A stretch of 41,272 bases of DNA from an uncultured Pseudomonadales bacterium (lineage in GTDB: Bacteria; Patescibacteriota; Microgenomatia; UBA1400; PJMF01): NCBI GenBank assembly GCA_964412775.1, contig CAYPPX010000004.1, positions 1-41,272 of the forward strand, written 5' to 3'. The notes beneath the pieces are model-generated. The model did not search any database. It saw nothing but the letters and a program-made list of their open reading frames with translations, and was not told the DNA's origin. Below, one piece after another: positions 29,986 through 34,843 of the stretch (the stretch's first letter is position 1; each line of letters opens with the position of its first letter). The position numbers and the translations under genes are program-made.

Positions 29986-30141
29986 CTATTAAAGCTTAGT
30001 ACATGGCGTACTTATGTTTTAAAAACAGCAAGTAATTAATTTATTTGCTTTCTTTTAGAATAAATGGCATTTAATTTAGGTATTAGTAAGACTGATATTT
30101 AAATTGAATGCCATTATCATTCTGAAAGGAGGTGAAATGTA
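29986..30141 (+). promoter_or_regulatory. Structured 5' leader of cassette A
   Basis: 16-bp stem 30063-30078 / 30100-30115 (one G-U) with a 21-nt loop. Extendable with bulges to ctttc(30047-30051)/gaaag (30124-30128), abutting the SD aaggaggtga (30126-30135). Confidence 0.45.
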
Positions 30142-30270
30142 ATGGCTACTTGCGAAGAACATAGCTGGTACACTAAGTCATATTTTCCGCATAGATTTTT
30201 GTTCTGGCGGTATATTTGGCAAAAGTGTACTAAATGCAATGCTTGGAGAATTAAACTATACTCCAAGTAA
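30142..30270 (+). CDS. Micro-ORF A, 42 aa: MATCEEHSWYTKSYFPHRFLFWRYIWQKCTKCNAWRIKLYSK (Cys/His and aromatic rich)
   Basis: Hand translation. Perfect SD aaggaggtga 9 nt upstream of the ATG, own consensus promoter and own terminator. CxxH...CxxC spacing. Below the 60-aa cutoff of the ORF track. Confidence 0.5.
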   Translation: MATCEEHSWYTKSYFPHRFLFWRYIWQKCTKCNAWRIKLYSK

Positions 30271-30306
30271 AAAAAGAGCCGTCTCGGAAGGGACGGCTTT
30301 TCTGTT
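30271..30306 (+). terminator. Intrinsic terminator of cassette A
   Basis: agccgtc (30277-30283) / gacggct (30292-30298), then tttctgtt. Confidence 0.75.
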
Positions 30307-30331
30307 CAATGCTTATTATCCTATAATAATA

Positions 30332-30360
30332 TTGACAAAATAGACATATTTTGATATAAT
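30332..30360 (+). promoter_or_regulatory. Consensus sigma70-type promoter of micro-ORF cassette B
   Basis: TTGACA (30332-30337), exactly 17 nt, TGa-TATAAT (30352-30360). The cctataata box lies at 30320-30328. Confidence 0.7.
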
Positions 30361-30366
30361 TAGTGC

Positions 30367-30580
30367 TATTGATTTAGTGAAATAGGTCAAATTGCTTGAC
30401 TAGATTTTCTACTGAACAATAACAAACTCTTGTTCTTTAAAAAATCCTTTGTTTGTTTAGTATATGTCTTCTTTTGTTAGACAGATAACTTGTCTTGGTT
30501 ATTCATAAGAGTAACTAAAACAAGTTATCTGCTCAGACAGAGATAACGACACATTCTTTACAACGAAGGAGGTGAATAAC
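30367..30580 (+). promoter_or_regulatory. Structured ~210-nt 5' leader of cassette B with mutually exclusive helices
   Basis: 12-bp stem 30482-30493 / 30520-30531 enclosing the gttattc/gagtaac hairpin. gttatct (30524-30530) can alternatively pair with agataac (30541-30547). SD aaggaggtga is at 30566-30575. Confidence 0.45.
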
Positions 30581-30700
30581 ATGGCAATCTACATGATTGT
30601 GATGGAATGGTGCCCGAAAGGACACTGGCACATCATGGTTTACCGCTTATGCCCTGAGCATGGGCGGCACCTCGTTGCCCTCGGCATTCTGCCGATGTAG
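30581..30700 (+). CDS. Micro-ORF B, 39 aa: MAIYMIVMEWCPKGHWHIMVYRLCPEHGRHLVALGILPM (Cys/His rich, GC-rich codons)
   Basis: Hand translation. Perfect SD 8 nt upstream of the ATG, own consensus promoter and terminator. CPxxH...CPEH spacing. About 54% G+C by hand count in an AT-rich genome. Confidence 0.5.
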   Translation: MAIYMIVMEWCPKGHWHIMVYRLCPEHGRHLVALGILPM

Positions 30701-30725
30701 CCGATTCACCCTGACCAAGAGACTT

Positions 30726-30760
30726 GTGCCGCTTCGTAAAGAAGCGGCACATTTCGTTTA
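30726..30760. terminator. Intrinsic terminator of cassette B (also downstream of the convergent NUDIX gene)
   Basis: gtgccgcttc-gtaaa-gaagcggcac (30726-30750), then atttcgttta. Confidence 0.75.
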
Positions 30761-30761
30761 T

Positions 30762-31286
30762 TTAGCCATTCTGATCAATTGTTTCACTTAACACTCTAAC
30801 TAGCTGAGTGTTTTTCCACTCACTATTATTATAGATAATGCCAGGTTTATTATTTAAAACGTGATCAAAGTAATATTTGACCGGTTGAAAAACATTTTCC
30901 AAGTTTTTAGCTTTATTTATCTCTACCCAATGAGCTTCACCTTCAGTAACTGCTGGTTTAATTTTGGGTTCTTCTGAGAGTTCTATATAAAATGAAAATG
31001 CAATATAAATTTCTTGTCTATCTAGATGATGGTGAAAAGCGACTACTTTAAGTTTTATTTCATTTGGTTTGATGGTAACACCAGTTTCTTCTTTGACTTC
31101 TCTGATAGCAGAAGCTAATGGTTCTTCTCCTTCATCAATATGACCACCAGGAATAGACCAAAAACCTGGAAATTTTTCTTTGGTTTCACTGCGCTTAAAC
31201 ATCAGCAGTTTATTTTGGTGAACAATATAAACCTCAGCCACAAAGATAGGCTGATCGACTTCATGGAGTTTTTTGATAGCTGTCAT
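30762..31286 (-). CDS. NUDIX hydrolase
   Basis: Nudix box GGHIDEGEEPLASAIREVKEETG. Confidence 0.88.
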   Translation of the reverse strand: MTAIKKLHEVDQPIFVAEVYIVHQNKLLMFKRSETKEKFPGFWSIPGGHIDEGEEPLASAIREVKEETGVTIKPNEIKLKVVAFHHHLDRQEIYIAFSFYIELSEEPKIKPAVTEGEAHWVEINKAKNLENVFQPVKYYFDHVLNNKPGIIYNNSEWKNTQLVRVLSETIDQNG

Positions 31287-31304
31287 TATGACAGTATAGG
31301 CTTT

Positions 31305-31964
31305 TTAGATTAGTTTATTAACTCCAAAAGTTTCTTTGACCACAAAACCAGTGGGGTTTTTTTCTAGCACAATATAAGCAGTATTATCGATACTGCCATG
31401 TGGTAGTTCTGGGTAATCTGCCCAGTTTAGGTAAATTAAAAAGGTTCTCATGGCAGCTCCATGAGTAACAATTAGATTAGTTTTCTCATTAGTTAAATTA
31501 GCTGTTTTGTCAAAAAATTCTAAAAACCGATCAATAATTGATTGGTCGGTTTCCATATCCAAAACTTGGTGTTTAAAACGTTCTGTTTTTGGCAAATTAT
31601 CCCTTAGTTCTAAGAGTTCTTTTAATTCCTGATGAAAATCGCTTATTTTTCGGCCCTCATAACTGCCTAGGTACATTTCTCTTAAGAGTTTGTCTGCTTG
31701 GACTGTTAAATTATCTCTGGTTTTAGTAATTATTTGGGCTGTTTTGTAGGCTCTTTTGAGATCTGAAGAAAAAACGTTATCAAATTTTATATCACCTAAT
31801 TTTTTGCTTACCATTTTTGCTTGTTCAATACCATTCTCATTTAGTTCAATATCAATATGGCCTTGAATGATTTTTTGGGCGTTGTAGGGAGTTTCACCGT
31901 GTCTAACTAGATAAAATAAGGTTGGTGTTGTCATAACAAGTTTTGATTTTACCATTTTTGCCAT
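31305..31964 (-). CDS. Histidine phosphatase (phosphoglycerate mutase) family protein
   Basis: LVRHGETPYN catalytic RHG motif and a later THGAAMR. The true start may be an internal Met (e.g. 31934). Confidence 0.85.
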   Translation of the reverse strand: MAKMVKSKLVMTTPTLFYLVRHGETPYNAQKIIQGHIDIELNENGIEQAKMVSKKLGDIKFDNVFSSDLKRAYKTAQIITKTRDNLTVQADKLLREMYLGSYEGRKISDFHQELKELLELRDNLPKTERFKHQVLDMETDQSIIDRFLEFFDKTANLTNEKTNLIVTHGAAMRTFLIYLNWADYPELPHGSIDNTAYIVLEKNPTGFVVKETFGVNKLI

Positions 31965-31979
31965 TGATTATTATCTCTG

Positions 31980-31999
31980 GATCTTGGTATAACAAGATC
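31980..31999. promoter_or_regulatory. 7-6-7 palindrome centred on a TGgTATAAC extended -10 in a divergent intergenic region
   Basis: gatcttg-gtataa-caagatc, read directly. Confidence 0.4.
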
Positions 32000-32028
32000 T
32001 CAACAGAAAAAGAAAGGAAGTAATTACA

Positions 32029-32505
32029 ATGTCTGATGATCAAATCAAAAGCGCTGAACAATTGGCGAAGGAGGCTCTAGCAGAAGCCGATGCTGAAGTT
32101 GAGAGTTCAAACAAAGTCGCTGAAACTTTGGGAACATTGCAAAACTTAATTGAGCGTCACGCGCTGAATTTAGAGGAAATTCGCAAACAAATTAAAGAAA
32201 CTAATGAAAGTTTAAGGAGTGTGTTTGAAAATGACACAACTCTTTCTACTGCTCAGGAAGAAGCCCAAGCAGTGACTAGTAAAGTTAAGGAAAGAAGAAG
32301 TCAGTTACAATCTGATCCTCAAGTGACTTCCTTAAAAATCAAGGTTGGGGAACTTAAGGAGCAACAAAAAGAACTAGAAGAAACTTTGAGTAATCATTTG
32401 ATTAATTATCATACTTTGACCAACTCTAAAAGTTTTGATACCAGTGATGGTGATCAATGGGATTTTTCTATTAGAGCCAAAATTAGACCACGTGGTAAAA
32501 AATAA
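32029..32505 (+). CDS. Hypothetical coiled-coil protein
   Basis: 158-aa ORF with SD gaaaggaag. Charged heptad-like sequence and a basic C-terminus. Followed by a strong terminator. Confidence 0.7.
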   Translation: MSDDQIKSAEQLAKEALAEADAEVESSNKVAETLGTLQNLIERHALNLEEIRKQIKETNESLRSVFENDTTLSTAQEEAQAVTSKVKERRSQLQSDPQVTSLKIKVGELKEQQKELEETLSNHLINYHTLTNSKSFDTSDGDQWDFSIRAKIRPRGKK

Positions 32506-32525
32506 CCACTGACTAAAAGTTGAAA

Positions 32526-32560
32526 CAAAAAACCCCACTTTTCAGTGGGGTTTATTTTTT
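32526..32560. terminator. Bidirectional intrinsic terminator between convergent genes
   Basis: aaaaaa-ccccact-tttc-agtgggg-tttatttttt. Confidence 0.85.
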
Positions 32561-32574
32561 AATTTCAAAAAAGT

Positions 32575-32838
32575 TTAGGTCTTACCTAACTTTTGGTTGA
32601 TCCGAGCCAAAGCTGCTGGAGAAACGTTTTTCATTTTCTTCAAGGAGCGAGCTCTTCTTTTTAAACGGTTATCGTTAGCAGTTTTTTCAGCCTTAATTTT
32701 TGAAGGTTTTCTGAAGTAACGTCTATCTTTAACAATTTGCACGACACCAGTAGCAGCGACAGCTTTTTTGAATTTACGAATCAAATCATTAGTCGATTCG
32801 CTTTTCTTAGCTTTAATTACGATTGCCATGTTACTCAC
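32575..32838 (-). CDS. rpsU: 30S ribosomal protein S21
   Basis: LIRKFKKAVAATGVVQIVKDRRYFRKPSKIKAEK matches the S21 pattern. Very basic, 87 aa. SD is gaggaggtga. Confidence 0.85.
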   Translation of the reverse strand: MSNMAIVIKAKKSESTNDLIRKFKKAVAATGVVQIVKDRRYFRKPSKIKAEKTANDNRLKRRARSLKKMKNVSPAALARINQKLGKT

Positions 32839-32925
32839 CTCCTCTCCAATTTAAATTAATTATTACAGGTTAGTATGCGGTAAGAGCTTGAATTATACAC
32901 TAGTCTGCCAGATATTACAGGTTGA

Positions 32926-33399
32926 TTAAGCTTTTTGACTGGCTCTAATTTTTTCAGCTAAGTCAGCTAGTTCTCTATCATCTGCTCGATCAGAGTCATT
33001 TGACGATAAATAACCAGGATATTGGTCAAAGTAGGTTCTGATGGTTTTACTTTCAATTGGCGCCCAACTATTTAGGTCTCCAGTACCATGCATTGGGTAA
33101 AGTTTACTGTGGAGGTGGTCTACACCAAAGCCCTCAAAAAACATTCCACATCGAGAAACATCAATAAAATAATGATCTAAAATTTTAGCTACTTTCTTGG
33201 TGGCTACAATGAGATCTTGTAAAACAGCATTATCCTGGTCAAAGGCATAACTGCCATAGTGTTGTTTAGGAATAACCACAGAAAAACCTTCGGTATTAGG
33301 GAAAATCGATAAGAAAGCTAGGTGTTGGTCATCTTCCCAGATTTTATGACTAGGGATATTACCAGAGACGATTTGACAAAAAATACAGTCATTAGCCAT
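32926..33399 (-). CDS. HIT family nucleotide hydrolase/transferase (variant histidine triad DHLHSK)
   Basis: N-terminal CIFCQIVSGNIPSHKIWEDD and a triad region VDHLHSKLYP with Lys in place of the third His. Confidence 0.8.
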   Translation of the reverse strand: MANDCIFCQIVSGNIPSHKIWEDDQHLAFLSIFPNTEGFSVVIPKQHYGSYAFDQDNAVLQDLIVATKKVAKILDHYFIDVSRCGMFFEGFGVDHLHSKLYPMHGTGDLNSWAPIESKTIRTYFDQYPGYLSSNDSDRADDRELADLAEKIRASQKA

Positions 33400-34270
33400 A
33401 GATTTCCTTGATTAAGATGACTAGCTGATCACTATTGAGTGGACTGGGTTTTTGGTTGTGATTTTTTTGAGAACCATTAAGTAACATTTTGCCACTACCA
33501 TGAAAAAACCAAGTGCCTTCTTTATCAATGGTTTTGATTCTTTCATGGAGATCATTAAGCATGATTGGGGCATCTGGTCTAGCTTTGATTCTGATATGAC
33601 CTAGTTTGGGATCTTTTCTAGCAACCAAAATATAGCCAAGTTTTTGAGCAATTTTGATCGTATCATCATTTCTGGTTTCAATGACTAAAGCTTTGCCAGC
33701 TTTGATTGTTAGCTCTTTACCTTTGTTTCTAATGATCTCTTTGGCTTTGTGGTATTGAGTTAAAGTAGCATAAACATTGTCCAAGCATTGAAAACCAAAA
33801 TGCATTTGTGAATCATCATTATGGGGGTCAGTAAACTCATGGCCACGAATGAGTTCATGGATCATAAATAAATAGCGTTCTGACTCTGGTTCTGGCCACA
33901 TCACTTCTTCAAAGTGGTCAATTTCATTGACCATTTCGACAATACTTTTGAGGGCTTCGTCAGTTTTTTTATCTGGATAAATTTCACAAAGGTAATCAAA
34001 AACTAATGAGGTAGCACAAACTCTTTGCATAGCTCGTTCTGGTTGATGATGGTCAAACTCACCATAACCAGTGTCAACATAAGTAATTTCATGTAATTGG
34101 CAACCAAGCTTTTCTGCTTCTTCCAGTGAAATTTTTTCTCCAGGATTGACAAAGCCGATATGGGCGTCAGCAAAGTCTTGAGAGTGGAATCTTTTGAGTA
34201 ACCAAGTGGAGGTAATGGCATCGAGGTCTGGAGCGTGGTGAGTCACAATCATCGGTCTGGAGTTAGACAT
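33392..34270 (-). CDS. DHH-family-like phosphoesterase
   Basis: THHAPDLDAITS (motif I/II-like) and VDTGYGEFDHHQ (DHH motif). Its stop overlaps the HIT start by 8 nt. Confidence 0.65.
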   Translation of the reverse strand: MSNSRPMIVTHHAPDLDAITSTWLLKRFHSQDFADAHIGFVNPGEKISLEEAEKLGCQLHEITYVDTGYGEFDHHQPERAMQRVCATSLVFDYLCEIYPDKKTDEALKSIVEMVNEIDHFEEVMWPEPESERYLFMIHELIRGHEFTDPHNDDSQMHFGFQCLDNVYATLTQYHKAKEIIRNKGKELTIKAGKALVIETRNDDTIKIAQKLGYILVARKDPKLGHIRIKARPDAPIMLNDLHERIKTIDKEGTWFFHGSGKMLLNGSQKNHNQKPSPLNSDQLVILIKEIYG

Positions 34271-34289
34271 ATAGTGTCATTATACAGAT

Positions 34290-34340
34290 CAAAAAAAAAT
34301 TCCCCACCGCAAAAATATTTTTTGTATTCTTGCCGTGGGG
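34290..34340 (-). terminator. Intrinsic terminator on the minus strand, ~200 nt downstream of the DUF4258-like gene
   Basis: On the minus strand: ccccac(g)gcaa...ttgc(g)gtgggg followed by aattttttttt. Confidence 0.6.
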
Positions 34341-34500
34341 TCCTCACCGGGATGTATTCAGTAATATATTAAATGATATAGAAAAATAACATAGACAAAA
34401 AAGACTGATCTATCTTTCTATAATTTTTGGTACTCTGCAGTAATATTTTCATTATAGGTTAATATATTCTGGCAATTTTTGCATCAAAAAACATCAAAGC

Positions 34501-34833
34501 TTATTTCTTGATTAAAGTAGAACCAATAGTTTTTAAAATCCACCAAATAATTTTGAATGGTAAAGTCAGTAATTGCCAAACTAGTGGCTCACGATCATCT
34601 TCTCCTCTTACCCAGGTAGAAATGACTAAATATCTATTATTCTCAATAGGTGTAGCAACCACGTGAACTTTGCGACTGGCAATAGTTCTAATGAATTTAT
34701 AGTTATCTTGGTTATGGTAAGTTTTATCTGGAAAACTAATGGTTTGATAAACCATGTCTTTGGTTAGTGAACGGTCTTGGACTCGCTCACCGGCGTGTTT
34801 GGTAAAAACTAAGTTTTTATAAGTTTCGCCCAT
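34501..34833 (-). CDS. DUF4258-like small protein with a C-terminal hydrophobic tail
   Basis: FTKHAGERVQDRSLTKDMVYQTI...VHVVATP...YLVISTWV resembles the DUF4258 pattern. The C-terminal VWQLLTLPFKIIWWILKTIGSTLI is TM-like. Confidence 0.6.
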   Translation of the reverse strand: MGETYKNLVFTKHAGERVQDRSLTKDMVYQTISFPDKTYHNQDNYKFIRTIASRKVHVVATPIENNRYLVISTWVRGEDDREPLVWQLLTLPFKIIWWILKTIGSTLIKK

Positions 34834-34843
34834 CAGTGATAGT

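Noticed and set aside
30003-30102. Tiny upstream ORFs in leader A (atggcgtac... 10 codons; atggcattt... 12 codons)
   Set aside because: They have no SD, and the second lies inside the 16-bp stem. They are likely fortuitous.
30700-30725. Possible third, degenerate copy of the tRNA 3'-end repeat (ccgattcaccctgaccaagag) that would bracket the micro-ORF cassettes
   Set aside because: Only scattered matches to gatcctggtcgagctc, requiring several gaps. This is not distinguishable from chance.
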